A DNA stretch of 64,000 nt from an uncultured Gammaproteobacteria bacterium (GCA_964424775.1 CAYRJZ010000002.1:73736-137735); one strand, 5' to 3'. Positions 37,676-47,989 are shown, numbered from the stretch's first letter. Notes: a model not told the origin generated them from the letters alone. Program-made: numbers and translations.

Positions 37676-39093
37676 GTAAAGTTCGGTCAATTCATTTTGT
37701 CGGAATAAAAGGTGTAGGATTAACCCCGCTTGCTTTGATTGCGAAAGAAGCAGGAATTGAGGTAACAGGAAGTGATATTAATGAAGAATTTATAACTGAT
37801 TCCGCGTTGAAGAAAGTAGGTATAACGCCACTTGTCGGTTTTGATCCTGTCCATGTTCAAAATGTTGACATCGTGATCACCACGGGTGCACATGGTGGAT
37901 ATCAAAATCCAGAAGTTGTCGAGGCGAAGAGAAAAGGCATCCCTGTCTTAACGCGTGCGGAAGCTGTTGGAGAGTTTATGAAAGGCACGCTTTTTGGAAG
38001 AAGTTTTCGTGGGATCTCAGTTGCAGGGACACACGGGAAAACAACGACGACTGCCATGGTGATTACTATTTTGAAACAAGCAGGCATAGACCCATCTTAC
38101 CTTGTTGGAACAAGTGATATAGGTGGAGTTGATCTTCCAGGCCATTTTGGAAAGGGGAATTATTTTGTTGCTGAGGCTGATGAGTATGCTACAGAACCAC
38201 AATCAGATCATAAAGCAGCATTTTTATGGCATTATCCAGATATAGCCCTTTTTACCAATATAGAGCATGATCATCCCGATATTTATCCTGATATTCAATC
38301 AGTTGAAGAAGTCTTTTCCCAATTTACAGAACAAGTAAATGATACGATCATCGGCTGTGGAGATGACGAACGAGTCTATTCAATTTTAAAGAATAGTTCT
38401 AAGCGAACTATAACCTATGGTTTTTCACCCAAGAACGATTATGTCTTGGAGCGTGTCTCCGTCTCAGGGGATCAGACTTTTTTCCATGTCTCGTCAATGG
38501 GTGTTGATCTGGGTGAGTTCAGGATGAGGGTAATGGGAGATCATAATGCCTTAAATGCACTCGGTGCATTGATTGTCTGTCTTGAAGTAGGAGTTTCACT
38601 CGAAAAGATTCGAGACGGACTAAGTACCTTTAGAGGTACAAAGAGAAGACAGGAGTTTAAGGGAAAAATGAAAAATGGTGCAGATGTGTACGATGATTAT
38701 GCTCATCATCCGACAGAGATTAAAAAAACTCTTCATGCTCTTCGTCAACGGTACACGAAAGAGGAGATAGTCTGTGTTTTTCAACCACATACCTTTACAC
38801 GTACAAAAGCTCTTTATCAAGAATTCATTCATGCTTTCGATGATGCATCTAGACTTATTCTTACAGATATTTATGGATCTTTACGTGAAGAAAGGGATGA
38901 GAGTATCAGTTCACAAAGACTGGCTGATGATATCGCACGGGTGAAAAAAAATGTTCAGTATGTTCCCCTTACCGAAGTCGCTTCAGTCATAAATAATAGC
39001 AAATTGGATCATACAACAGTCGTTATTTTTATGGGTGCTGGGGATGTTTATAAGGAGATAGAACACCTCGAAATGAGAGAAAGAAAAGAGTAA
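37672..39093 (+). CDS. murC: UDP-N-acetylmuramate--L-alanine ligase MurC
   Basis: N-terminal IHFVGIKGVGLTPLA (the MurC Rossmann signature HFxGIGGxGMS), P-loop GTHGKTTTT, and ADEYA...TNIEHDHPD. Confidence 0.8.
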   Translation: MSKVRSIHFVGIKGVGLTPLALIAKEAGIEVTGSDINEEFITDSALKKVGITPLVGFDPVHVQNVDIVITTGAHGGYQNPEVVEAKRKGIPVLTRAEAVGEFMKGTLFGRSFRGISVAGTHGKTTTTAMVITILKQAGIDPSYLVGTSDIGGVDLPGHFGKGNYFVAEADEYATEPQSDHKAAFLWHYPDIALFTNIEHDHPDIYPDIQSVEEVFSQFTEQVNDTIIGCGDDERVYSILKNSSKRTITYGFSPKNDYVLERVSVSGDQTFFHVSSMGVDLGEFRMRVMGDHNALNALGALIVCLEVGVSLEKIRDGLSTFRGTKRRQEFKGKMKNGADVYDDYAHHPTEIKKTLHALRQRYTKEEIVCVFQPHTFTRTKALYQEFIHAFDDASRLILTDIYGSLREERDESISSQRLADDIARVKKNVQYVPLTEVASVINNSKLDHTTVVIFMGAGDVYKEIEHLEMRERKE

Positions 39094-39134
39094 GATAATT
39101 TGTGAAAACTCGAGTTTGACGGTATAATGCATCA

Positions 39135-40466
39135 ATGATTGAAGAAAAATTTATAGTCAGAGGTGGAAAAAGTCTACACGGATCTGTCTCAGTATCCGGG
39201 GCAAAAAATGTTGTCCTCAAAGCGTATGTTGCAGCGTGTCTGACAGATGAAGAAGTCATCCTCCATAACATTCCTCTTATCTCAGACCTTCGCATCATGG
39301 GGGAGATTATTGAGGATCTGGGTGGCACTGTTACCATTACTGATCACACGGTAAAAATTCGTATAGAGAAATTTAAAAAGAGTGATATCACTCTTGATCA
39401 GGCGTCACATATTCGTACCTCATCTATGTTCCTGGCCCCACTACTTATTCGAAATAAAGAAGCGATCATCCCCAATCCAGGCGGGTGTAGGCTTGGTGCG
39501 CGACCAATAGATAGAACAATTGATGGATTGAGACAAATGGGCGCTGATATCAATTATCTCAGTGATGATGGTTATTTTCACGCAAAAGCTGAAAAACTAC
39601 ACGGTGTGACATATCGATTTGATAAAAACACTCATACAGGAACTGAGACTATGATAATTGCGGCAGTTCGCGCTGAAGGAAAGACAGTTCTGGAGAATGC
39701 TGCTGAGGAACCTGAGATTGATGAGTTGATCGATCTTTTGAATGCGATGGGAGCAAAGGTTAAAAGAACAGCACAGAGAGTTATTGAGATCGAAGGTGTG
39801 GATAGGCTACATGGTGCAGAAGTCACCATCAAGCCAGATAGAAATGAAGTTGTTACTTTTGCAATTGCCGCAGTTGTAACAAGAGGAGATATTACCGTAA
39901 AAGGAGCAAGTAAGAAAGAGTTAGAGGCATTCCATACAAAATTTGAAGAGGTTGGAGCCGGAGTTGAGGAAGTCGCTGAGGGAATGCGATTTTTCTATAA
40001 AGGTCCGATAAAGGCAACAGAGATAACAACTGCGCCATACCCAGGTTTTATGACTGACTGGCAGGCTCCATGGGCTGTTCTGATGACACAGGCTGAAGGG
40101 ACGTCGGTAATACATGAAACAGTTTTTGAAAATAAATTACAGTATGTAACTGATTTAAAAAAGATGGGTGCGAAAGCAGATCTATTTAATCCTCCTGTTG
40201 AAAATAAAGAAGAAGTTTATAACTTTAATTTAGATGATGATCGTCCAGACTATTATCATGCTGTACGAATTCACGGTCCTAAAAAGCTTCACAACGCAAT
40301 TGTAACAATGCATGATATTAGAGCTGGTGCAGCTGTCCTCTTAGCCGCTCTTGCTGCAACTGGTGAGACAACAATTCATGGAATTCATCTTATAGAGCGT
40401 GGATACGAAAAAGTTGATGAACGTCTTCGCTCTCTTGGTGCTGATATCCAAAAAGTAACACAATAA
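39135..40466 (+). CDS. murA: UDP-N-acetylglucosamine 1-carboxyvinyltransferase MurA
   Basis: FIVRGGKSLHGSVSVSGAKN, the active-site Cys loop PGGCRLGARPID, 443 aa. Confidence 0.9.
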   Translation: MIEEKFIVRGGKSLHGSVSVSGAKNVVLKAYVAACLTDEEVILHNIPLISDLRIMGEIIEDLGGTVTITDHTVKIRIEKFKKSDITLDQASHIRTSSMFLAPLLIRNKEAIIPNPGGCRLGARPIDRTIDGLRQMGADINYLSDDGYFHAKAEKLHGVTYRFDKNTHTGTETMIIAAVRAEGKTVLENAAEEPEIDELIDLLNAMGAKVKRTAQRVIEIEGVDRLHGAEVTIKPDRNEVVTFAIAAVVTRGDITVKGASKKELEAFHTKFEEVGAGVEEVAEGMRFFYKGPIKATEITTAPYPGFMTDWQAPWAVLMTQAEGTSVIHETVFENKLQYVTDLKKMGAKADLFNPPVENKEEVYNFNLDDDRPDYYHAVRIHGPKKLHNAIVTMHDIRAGAAVLLAALAATGETTIHGIHLIERGYEKVDERLRSLGADIQKVTQ

Positions 40467-40467
40467 T

Positions 40468-41223
40468 ATGGCAAATAAATCCTCTATATCAGCAGTAATT
40501 CTAGCAGCAGGGAAAGGAAAAAGAATGAATATGCTGGAATCAAATAAAGTGACTGCCAATCTTTTAGATCGGCCCATTGTCACGCATATTGTTTCATTTA
40601 TGGAGGAGTTGGGACTTGGTGCAATTATCGTAGTTGTCGGACATGCAAAAGAGTCTGTTATGGACGCATTGGCAAATAGACCAGTTATATTTACCGAACA
40701 AAAAGAACAGCTAGGAACAGGACACGCGTTATCATGCGCATTAGAAGTGCTTCCAGAAAATATTACTGATCTTTTTGTCGTGTATGGAGATGATGCTGTC
40801 TTTTATAACAAAAATAATAAAGAAATTATGGAATCACTTTTTACCAAACACGCCGAATCAGGAGCGGCAATAACATTTTTAACTATTGAACAGGATAATC
40901 CTCAGGGACTTGGGAGAATTGTGAGAAGTAATGAGGGAAAAGTGAGTGCAATAGTTGAGGAAAAGGATGCATCTGAGGAACAGAAAAGAATAACAGAGAT
41001 CAATCCTGGATGCTTCTTATTTAATGTTGAATTTGTCAAAAAATATCTTCCTCTGGTTGAAAAAAGTCCAGCGACAGGAGAGTATTATCTAACAAGTCTT
41101 ATTGATATAGCTATTGAGCATGAAGAGTTAGTTGAAACGGTTCGTGGTGGGAAATTGGCTTGGAGAGGTGTTAATACGCCAGAAGAATTAGAAGAAGCAG
41201 AAAAAATGATGAAGTCTTTTTAA
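40468..41223 (+). CDS. GlmU-like sugar-1-phosphate uridylyltransferase domain protein (no LbH acetyltransferase domain)
   Basis: AVILAAGKGKRM and QLGTGHAL match the GlmU N-domain motifs. Only 251 aa. Confidence 0.6.
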   Translation: MANKSSISAVILAAGKGKRMNMLESNKVTANLLDRPIVTHIVSFMEELGLGAIIVVVGHAKESVMDALANRPVIFTEQKEQLGTGHALSCALEVLPENITDLFVVYGDDAVFYNKNNKEIMESLFTKHAESGAAITFLTIEQDNPQGLGRIVRSNEGKVSAIVEEKDASEEQKRITEINPGCFLFNVEFVKKYLPLVEKSPATGEYYLTSLIDIAIEHEELVETVRGGKLAWRGVNTPEELEEAEKMMKSF

Positions 41224-41224
41224 T

Positions 41225-41668
41225 ATGGAAAATAATATTATTATTGAAGAAGCGACATTCCATTCACAAGAAATTCATAATGCGATTAAGCATCTTGTCA
41301 AACAGCTTGGTAAAGGTGGTCAGGAATTAATGTCTGAGGATACCAAGCAGATGATCGACTCTCCGACGACTTTTCTTTTTCTTGCAAAAGTTCAGGATAC
41401 GCAGGAAATAGTCGGGATGATAACACTTATCACCTATAGAATTCCTTACAAAATGAAAGGAATACTTGAAGACTTTGTCGTTGATGAGTCATTTAGGGGT
41501 AAAAAAATTGGTGAGAAACTTCTGATGCATGCACTTGAAAAAGCACGTAGTCTCTCAATTAGTTCAGTTGATTTAACATCACATCCGTCCCGCGAAGCTG
41601 CCAATAGGTTATATAATAAAATGGGATTTGAAAAGAGAGAAACAAATGTCTACAGAGTACACCTTTAG
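41225..41668 (+). CDS. GNAT-family N-acetyltransferase
   Basis: DFVVDESFRGKKIGEKLLMHALEKAR is the acetyl-CoA binding motif A (R/Q-x-x-G-x-G/A). Confidence 0.6.
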   Translation: MENNIIIEEATFHSQEIHNAIKHLVKQLGKGGQELMSEDTKQMIDSPTTFLFLAKVQDTQEIVGMITLITYRIPYKMKGILEDFVVDESFRGKKIGEKLLMHALEKARSLSISSVDLTSHPSREAANRLYNKMGFEKRETNVYRVHL

Positions 41669-41669
41669 T

Positions 41670-42368
41670 TTATATTTCAATTGAGAGAGGTAAGTGATCT
41701 GACGCCTCTGATGAATGGATAAGAAAATTTCTTGACGGGATATTTCTGGAAGTAAAGATATAGTCAATTCTATATGTTGTCTTATCCGGATCTTTAAGAT
41801 CAGTAAATGAAGACTGAGTGAGCTCACTGTCAGTATTTATTAGAAGTGAGGAAAACGTTGCAATGACTCGACTTGTTGGAACTGAATTGAAATCTCCCAT
41901 AAGGATGACATTCTCACGGTCTTGTATAAGTTGAACTAATTTTCCTGTTTGTCTGTCTCGAAGGTCTGATTCACCAAATTTTTCTGAATAACCAAGGTGC
42001 GTTGAGAAAATTGTCAGTCTCGAATTGTGATAAGGTATCGTAACTTCAACAGCTGTCCGTGGTTCTGTAACAGATGAGCCTTTATAATCCTCAAGACTAC
42101 TTAATTCATGACAAACGGAGGAGAGTGGTTTGTCTTTTGTGAGAATTGCATTTCCTAAATCGTAGACTGGGGTGTGCCGATCTGTTGTAAAAGATTTACA
42201 GTAACTGACGTGATAACCAAGTTGTTGTGCGAGGTATTCAGCATGATTGACTCCATTCAGTGTCTTCACTTCCTGGAGTCCAATAACGTCAGGTTTTTGT
42301 TTCTGAAGAAATTCTTTTACCTCTTCAAGATTTTTTCCTCCCCAAATATTCCATGTCACAATGAACAT
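41670..42368 (-). CDS. Endonuclease/exonuclease/phosphatase (EEP) family protein
   Basis: VTWNIWGG, GLQEV, LMGDFNS and SDHLPL, which are the EEP catalytic motifs. Confidence 0.7.
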   Translation of the reverse strand: MFIVTWNIWGGKNLEEVKEFLQKQKPDVIGLQEVKTLNGVNHAEYLAQQLGYHVSYCKSFTTDRHTPVYDLGNAILTKDKPLSSVCHELSSLEDYKGSSVTEPRTAVEVTIPYHNSRLTIFSTHLGYSEKFGESDLRDRQTGKLVQLIQDRENVILMGDFNSVPTSRVIATFSSLLINTDSELTQSSFTDLKDPDKTTYRIDYIFTSRNIPSRNFLIHSSEASDHLPLSIEI

Positions 42369-42444
42369 AGGTAGATTTTAGCACATGAGGTAGAATGAAG
42401 CATTTTCAGATAACAGTTCTTGTGATACTATTTGGGGATAAAAT

Positions 42445-44205
42445 ATGTGTGGAATATTTGGGTATATTGGTGAGAAAAATAATGCTTCAGAAATCGTCCT
42501 TTCAGGCCTTAAAAAATTAGAGTATAGAGGGTATGATTCATGGGGAATTGCTTCGCAAGTACAAAAAACAATTGAGATAGATAAGCATGTAGGCAAAATT
42601 GGAAATGCCATTACATCAGATCACCCTTCATCTCTTGCGATAGGCCATACGAGGTGGGCGACTCATGGCGGTGTTACTGTCGAAAACGCACATCCGCATT
42701 TCGACTGTTCACAGCAAATCGCTCTTCTTCACAATGGTATTGTTGAAAATCATGAAGACGTAAAAAATAATTTACTGCAAAGAAAACACACGTTTCGTTC
42801 CCAAACAGATACTGAGGTAGTTGTCCATCTTATTGAGGAATTAGCAAAAGATTATTCATTTGAAGAAGCAGTGAGGAAAGCTTTTCTTCAGCTCCATGGA
42901 CTCAATGCAATTGTAGTTATCAATAATAATGATAATAAAATTATTGCGTGTAAAAATGGTTCGCCTCTTGTTGTGGGAGTTGGGGAGAAAGAGTTATTTC
43001 TTGCCTCAGATGCTTCAGGAATTATCTCACATACTCGAAAACTCATTTTTTTGAAAGACAATGAGATGGCAACTCTTACGGATAAAGTTGTCATCCACTC
43101 TATTTCAACAGGAAAAGAAATTGCATCAGAAATTGAAGAAGTTGATTGGGAAATAAGTAATACTAAACTTGGAGCTTTTGACCATTACATGTTGAAAGAA
43201 ATATATGATCAGGAACAGATAATTAAGAATATGAGTATGACCTCAACTGACGAAATCAATCATATTGTTGAGGTCATTAAAAATGCAAAAGGTACATTTT
43301 TTATAGGTGCGGGAACTGCGTATTATGCATGTCTTATGGGAACATACCTTTTTTCAAAAATAGCAGGAAAGCATGTCAATACAGCTGTTGCGTCTGAATT
43401 TAATTATCTGGAAGATTTTCTCAATGAGAAAAGTCTCGTCATTGCTTTTTCTCAATCAGGAGAAACAATTGATGTTATTGAACCATTACAACGTGCAAAG
43501 AAGAGAGGATCTCGAATAGTTGGAATAGTAAATTCATTGGGGTCAACAATTTATCGAATGGCAGATAACAAAGTTCTTTTGAATGCAGGCCCTGAGTTGG
43601 CAGTCGCGTCGACAAAAGCATATACAGCAAAGTTAAGTACTCTTCTCCTCATGGCTGGACTTTTAAGTAATAAAAAAGAAGATATTCAAAAAAGTCTCCT
43701 GCGAGCTTCTGAAGAAGTAAAAAGACTTCTTCTTCCACAATCTATTCAGGTCATAAAAAGTTTGGCTCAAGAACTTTCTGATGTAGAACATATTTATACA
43801 ATTGGACGAGGAATTTCCTATCCGTCGGCACTTGAGGCTGCTTTAAAAATAAAAGAAGTGACGTATATTCATACAGAGGGGCTCGCCGGTGGCGAATTAA
43901 AACATGGAACAATTGCACTTATTTCGAAAGGGACACCATGTATTGTTTTTGCACCAAATGATGAAACCTATGAAGCGATCATTTCAAACGCCACAGAAAT
44001 AAAAGCACGTGGAGGGAAAATAATTGGAATAAGTTACCGGCCAAATTCTGTTTTTGATCACTATATTGAAGTGAAAGATTGTCTGGATGCATCAGGAATT
44101 GCACAAATTATTCCGGTACAACTTCTCGCATATTATCTTGCTCTCGAGAAGAAATTAGACCCAGACAAACCTCGTAATCTAGCAAAAAGTGTCACAGTTA
44201 AATAA
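42445..44205 (+). CDS. glmS: Glutamine--fructose-6-phosphate aminotransferase GlmS
   Basis: MCGIFGYIG (Ntn Cys1), two SIS domains, and a C-terminal ...KPRNLAKSVTVK. Confidence 0.9.
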   Translation: MCGIFGYIGEKNNASEIVLSGLKKLEYRGYDSWGIASQVQKTIEIDKHVGKIGNAITSDHPSSLAIGHTRWATHGGVTVENAHPHFDCSQQIALLHNGIVENHEDVKNNLLQRKHTFRSQTDTEVVVHLIEELAKDYSFEEAVRKAFLQLHGLNAIVVINNNDNKIIACKNGSPLVVGVGEKELFLASDASGIISHTRKLIFLKDNEMATLTDKVVIHSISTGKEIASEIEEVDWEISNTKLGAFDHYMLKEIYDQEQIIKNMSMTSTDEINHIVEVIKNAKGTFFIGAGTAYYACLMGTYLFSKIAGKHVNTAVASEFNYLEDFLNEKSLVIAFSQSGETIDVIEPLQRAKKRGSRIVGIVNSLGSTIYRMADNKVLLNAGPELAVASTKAYTAKLSTLLLMAGLLSNKKEDIQKSLLRASEEVKRLLLPQSIQVIKSLAQELSDVEHIYTIGRGISYPSALEAALKIKEVTYIHTEGLAGGELKHGTIALISKGTPCIVFAPNDETYEAIISNATEIKARGGKIIGISYRPNSVFDHYIEVKDCLDASGIAQIIPVQLLAYYLALEKKLDPDKPRNLAKSVTVK

Positions 44206-44225
44206 TCCTGCTCTTTTCAATAAAT

Positions 44226-45809
44226 ATGGATACAGATTTACTCTTTATTTTGACGTCCGTTTGTTTTTTTCTATGGACATTCCGTTCAATTTTTTACTGG
44301 CTTGAAGCATGGCAGAGAGTAGATTATAAACCCCAGGATATTGTTTCCAATGTATTTATTAAAAGACGATTTATTCGATATTTTTTTTCTCCAACATCTC
44401 TTGTAACGTGGGGTAGTATTGGTGCTGCGCTTTATATAAGTATTTCAGATATTCCTATTGAATGGTATCAACTTCTTATTCTGGGAGTGTTTTGCATCAA
44501 AGCGAGTATTGTCTTAATAGGTATTATTAAAAATTCAGTTGTTAAGGCGAAAATTAATCTACGGTCATCCATGATAATGCTTATCTCTTTTTTAATTCTC
44601 CTTTTACTGTTTATGTTTCCACTTACTGAAAAATATTTATGGTTGCTTGTCATTGATCGGCTAAAAATGTTTGTAGTTGGAGGTGTTATTTCACTATTTG
44701 TATTCCCCAGTGAAATTTATGAAGATATTGTTTTTCGTAGAGCAGTCTCAAAATTACAAAATTTTAAAAAAATAAAGATAATTCTCTTTGTAGGTGATGG
44801 AAATGCAGAGATTACAAAGTGGTATACCTCAAAATTTTTGAAAAAGATAGGCAGAGTGCTTGTGGCACCAGAGAGTCAGAATGTCTCAGATCTTGCTCAC
44901 TTTATTAACAAAAGTTTGACACAAGAACATAAATTCCTGTTACTTACTCTTTCATCTCTAAAAGATGAAAAATTAATATCTTTTGTTCAGTCACTATCTA
45001 TTGATACCTGTGTCTGGACAAATACGATAACAGATAGCAAACACAAACTCATACAGGGAAGAATTAAAGTGAAAAAATTAATTATTCCTGAGGAGTTATT
45101 TATTCAGGATAGAACATATGTAAAAGGCAACAAAATTATTTTACTTTCTACCAAACAAATTGAGAAGGAAATCCCTCATACGAGTAATGTTTGTATACAA
45201 AATTTGTCTGAACATAAAAATATAACAAAAGTTGAATTATTGACAAATATTCATGAGTATATTCTTGTCTTTCCATTTGTCAGTTCTATTCATACCCAAG
45301 CTGCTTTACTGGCTGTTATAGTAGCTTATCATGAAGGATTAACAAAAAAAGAGATAGAAAAAACTTCAAAAGATCTTTTCTCCTATCCACACACTCTTAC
45401 ACAGCATCTGCAAAGAAATGGTGACGTCGTTATTGATAATACAAGTGTATTTGCTCTTCTCTTTCTCAAAGATGGAATGAAGATAATGTCAAAAATGAAA
45501 AAAAAGAAAGTTATTATTCTGGGTGTTGAAGACACCAATCTAACAAAAAATGAAAGCACGCGAATTGGTGATGAACTTAAGGGGAAAGCTGATTATGTCA
45601 TTCTTCTCAATTCAAATAATGAATTTAATAAACATATTCGTAAAACACTCCACACCAAGAGTAATTCAACTTTGGTCATGAATAGTAATGAGAAAAAGGC
45701 TCTGCAATTTTTTCAAGATCATGAAAGTAATTCTGTGTACTTTTTTCACGGTCAAAAAGCACAAAAGTTATGTGAACGAACAATTGCATCTTTTGGATCA
45801 ACAGCATAA
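44226..45809 (+). CDS. Divergent MurF-like protein: N-terminal four-TM region replaces the MurF N-domain, and the P-loop is degenerate
   Basis: It sits in the murF slot immediately upstream of mraY. The central segment KIILFVGDGNAEITKW aligns with the MurF VxITGSNGKTTTK, but the GKT lysine and threonine are lost. EHKFLLLTLSSLKDEKL aligns with EHDFAVIEMGANHQGEI, and VWTNTITDSKH with VNNLAAAH. In the C-domain, VVIDNTS...KKVIILGVEDTNLTKNESTRIGDELKGKADYVILLN aligns with LIDDSYNAN...VLVVGDMAELG...HxxVGxxxxxxxIDxVxxxG. Confidence 0.45.
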   Translation: MDTDLLFILTSVCFFLWTFRSIFYWLEAWQRVDYKPQDIVSNVFIKRRFIRYFFSPTSLVTWGSIGAALYISISDIPIEWYQLLILGVFCIKASIVLIGIIKNSVVKAKINLRSSMIMLISFLILLLLFMFPLTEKYLWLLVIDRLKMFVVGGVISLFVFPSEIYEDIVFRRAVSKLQNFKKIKIILFVGDGNAEITKWYTSKFLKKIGRVLVAPESQNVSDLAHFINKSLTQEHKFLLLTLSSLKDEKLISFVQSLSIDTCVWTNTITDSKHKLIQGRIKVKKLIIPEELFIQDRTYVKGNKIILLSTKQIEKEIPHTSNVCIQNLSEHKNITKVELLTNIHEYILVFPFVSSIHTQAALLAVIVAYHEGLTKKEIEKTSKDLFSYPHTLTQHLQRNGDVVIDNTSVFALLFLKDGMKIMSKMKKKKVIILGVEDTNLTKNESTRIGDELKGKADYVILLNSNNEFNKHIRKTLHTKSNSTLVMNSNEKKALQFFQDHESNSVYFFHGQKAQKLCERTIASFGSTA

Positions 45810-45850
45810 CTCCACTATGAAGGAGAGCCACACGGGTGTATAATACATGA

Positions 45851-46861
45851 ATGGCAACATTGCTGGGACTAACAATTTTTTCATTTTTCTTTACTATCAT
45901 TCTCCTTATTCCATTTATTGATTTTCTTTACCGAATTAAACTTCGAAGACAACATCAGGTCACCAAGGATATGTTCGATCAACATACACCCTTATTTGAT
46001 AAATATCATAAGTGGAAAGCAGGCACTCCCATTGGAGGTGGAATACTTGTTATTTTTCTTACCTCAATTATTACCATGTGGGCGTACGGCATACTTTCTA
46101 TAAATGTAAAGCCCTGGGAGTTATTTGTTATCTTCTTCTCTTTTATAAGTTTTGGAATTCTTGGTTTGTATGATGATGCAAAAAAGTTAGTTGACTCAAA
46201 GAATGCTACATTTTTTGGTCTCCGTTTTCGACATAAATTTATTATCCAGTGGGTACTCGCACTCATTATTGCTACCGTTTTCTATGTGCAACTCGGATAT
46301 TCCTTTGTCTATATACATGGATTTGGGTTAGTCAGTATCGGTGCACTTTTTATTCCATTTGCAGCATTTGTTATTGTTTCATTTGTAAATGCTGTGAATA
46401 TTGCAGATGGTCTTGATGGATTGGCGTCAGGACTTCTTGTTATATGTCTTGTTGCTTTTCTCGCAATTAACTCCCAGCAAATTGATCGCTCGCTGGGAGT
46501 ATTTATTTCTGTATTGTTGGGGTCAGTAATGGCATTTCTTTACTTCAATATTTATAAAGCTCGAATTTGGTTAGGGGATGTCGGAGCGTTGTCTCTTGGT
46601 GCTGCTCTTGCAGTCATTGGGTTATTAACAGGGAAGACTTTGACTCTTGCAGTTGTTGGAGGAGTATTTATCATTGAGATTGCATCATCACTTCTTCAAA
46701 TTTTGAGCAAGAAATATTTACACAAAAAATTATTTCCTGCAGCGCCATTTCATCTTTTTCTTCAACAGAGAGGATGGGAGGAACCAAAGATTGTTATGAG
46801 GGCATGGCTCATCGGAATATTTTTTGGAGTACTTGGTGTTTATCTTGCTTTCTTAACATAA
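45851..46861 (+). CDS. mraY: Phospho-N-acetylmuramoyl-pentapeptide transferase MraY
   Basis: NAVNIADGLDGLASG, ARIWLGDVGALSLGAALAVIG, about 10 TM. Confidence 0.9.
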   Translation: MATLLGLTIFSFFFTIILLIPFIDFLYRIKLRRQHQVTKDMFDQHTPLFDKYHKWKAGTPIGGGILVIFLTSIITMWAYGILSINVKPWELFVIFFSFISFGILGLYDDAKKLVDSKNATFFGLRFRHKFIIQWVLALIIATVFYVQLGYSFVYIHGFGLVSIGALFIPFAAFVIVSFVNAVNIADGLDGLASGLLVICLVAFLAINSQQIDRSLGVFISVLLGSVMAFLYFNIYKARIWLGDVGALSLGAALAVIGLLTGKTLTLAVVGGVFIIEIASSLLQILSKKYLHKKLFPAAPFHLFLQQRGWEEPKIVMRAWLIGIFFGVLGVYLAFLT

Positions 46862-46873
46862 ATTTTATTATTC

Positions 46874-47983
46874 ATGAGAACTGCCACTCAACTTCGTCGA
46901 CCTGATTTTATTCTTTTAGGCGCAACACTTTTTCTTGTTGTCTTTGGCCTCTTTATGATTTACAACGCTTCTTCAGTAATAGGGTTTCGTGATTTTGGAG
47001 ATAAATATTACTACATTAAAGAACAGTCATTTAATGCTATTTTTGGTTTTAGTGCATTGATTTTTTTCTTCTTCTTTGACTACAAAAGGCTTTATACTCT
47101 CGCTCTTCCCATTCTTTGTGCTGCGATAATTTTGCTTATTGCAGTCTTTTTACCGGGAGTCGGTGTCTATGCACTTGGTGCACATCGTTGGGTAAATATT
47201 GGATTCACTGTACTCCAGCCAGCAGAATTTGTGAAATTAAGTCTTGCTATTTATTTAGCTGCTTGGTTTTCAAATAAGGAAAGAGAACGGTTTTTAGCAT
47301 TCAGTATGCTGCTTGGACTAGTTCTTCTTCTTGTTATGCTTCAGCCAGATATGGGAACAGGATCAATCATACTTTTTGAAGCTATAGTTCTTTATTTTCT
47401 TTCCGGAGCAAGTATTTCTCATTTCCTGTTAATGATTCCTGCAGTTGGAGTCATTGGAGCTCTTCTTATATTACTTGCTCCCTATAGACTTGCGCGATTG
47501 ACAGCCTTTTTAAATATGGGACAAAATTTTGAGAATACGTCATATCATGTCAAGCAAATTCTCATCGCACTCGGGTCAGGCGGGTTGATGGGTGTAGGAG
47601 CCGGTAACTCATTACAAAAATACGCTTATCTGCCAGAAAATGTAACAGACTCAATATTTGCAATCATTGCTGAAGAGTTTGGATTTTTAGGATCACTTGC
47701 TCTCATAATTGTCATTTTTACTGTTGTGTGGAGGGGTTTTTACATCTCAGTCCATGCAAAAGATATGTTTGGCAGACTTCTTGCAGCTGGTATTATCTCA
47801 TTCTTAGGAATTCAGGCTGTAATCAATTTAGCAGCCATGTCTGCTCTTATCCCACTCACTGGAGTTCCTCTGCCATTCATCTCATATGGAGGGTCTGCAC
47901 TTATTGTAGATTTGGCAGCAATAGGTATACTCCTCAACATTTCCATGCAGTCTCACCACGCAAAAAAAGGTATAATACACTAG
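46874..47983 (+). CDS. ftsW: SEDS-family peptidoglycan glycosyltransferase FtsW
   Basis: LQPDMGTG, EEFGFLGSL, PLTGVPLPFISYGGSALI. Confidence 0.85.
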   Translation: MRTATQLRRPDFILLGATLFLVVFGLFMIYNASSVIGFRDFGDKYYYIKEQSFNAIFGFSALIFFFFFDYKRLYTLALPILCAAIILLIAVFLPGVGVYALGAHRWVNIGFTVLQPAEFVKLSLAIYLAAWFSNKERERFLAFSMLLGLVLLLVMLQPDMGTGSIILFEAIVLYFLSGASISHFLLMIPAVGVIGALLILLAPYRLARLTAFLNMGQNFENTSYHVKQILIALGSGGLMGVGAGNSLQKYAYLPENVTDSIFAIIAEEFGFLGSLALIIVIFTVVWRGFYISVHAKDMFGRLLAAGIISFLGIQAVINLAAMSALIPLTGVPLPFISYGGSALIVDLAAIGILLNISMQSHHAKKGIIH

Positions 47984-47989
47984 AAGTAT

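Noticed and set aside
42369-42444. Possible glmS ribozyme upstream of glmS.
   Set aside because: The intergenic region is only 76 nt and lacks the conserved glmS ribozyme core. A simple near-leaderless promoter (TTGTGA...GATAAAAT) is more likely.
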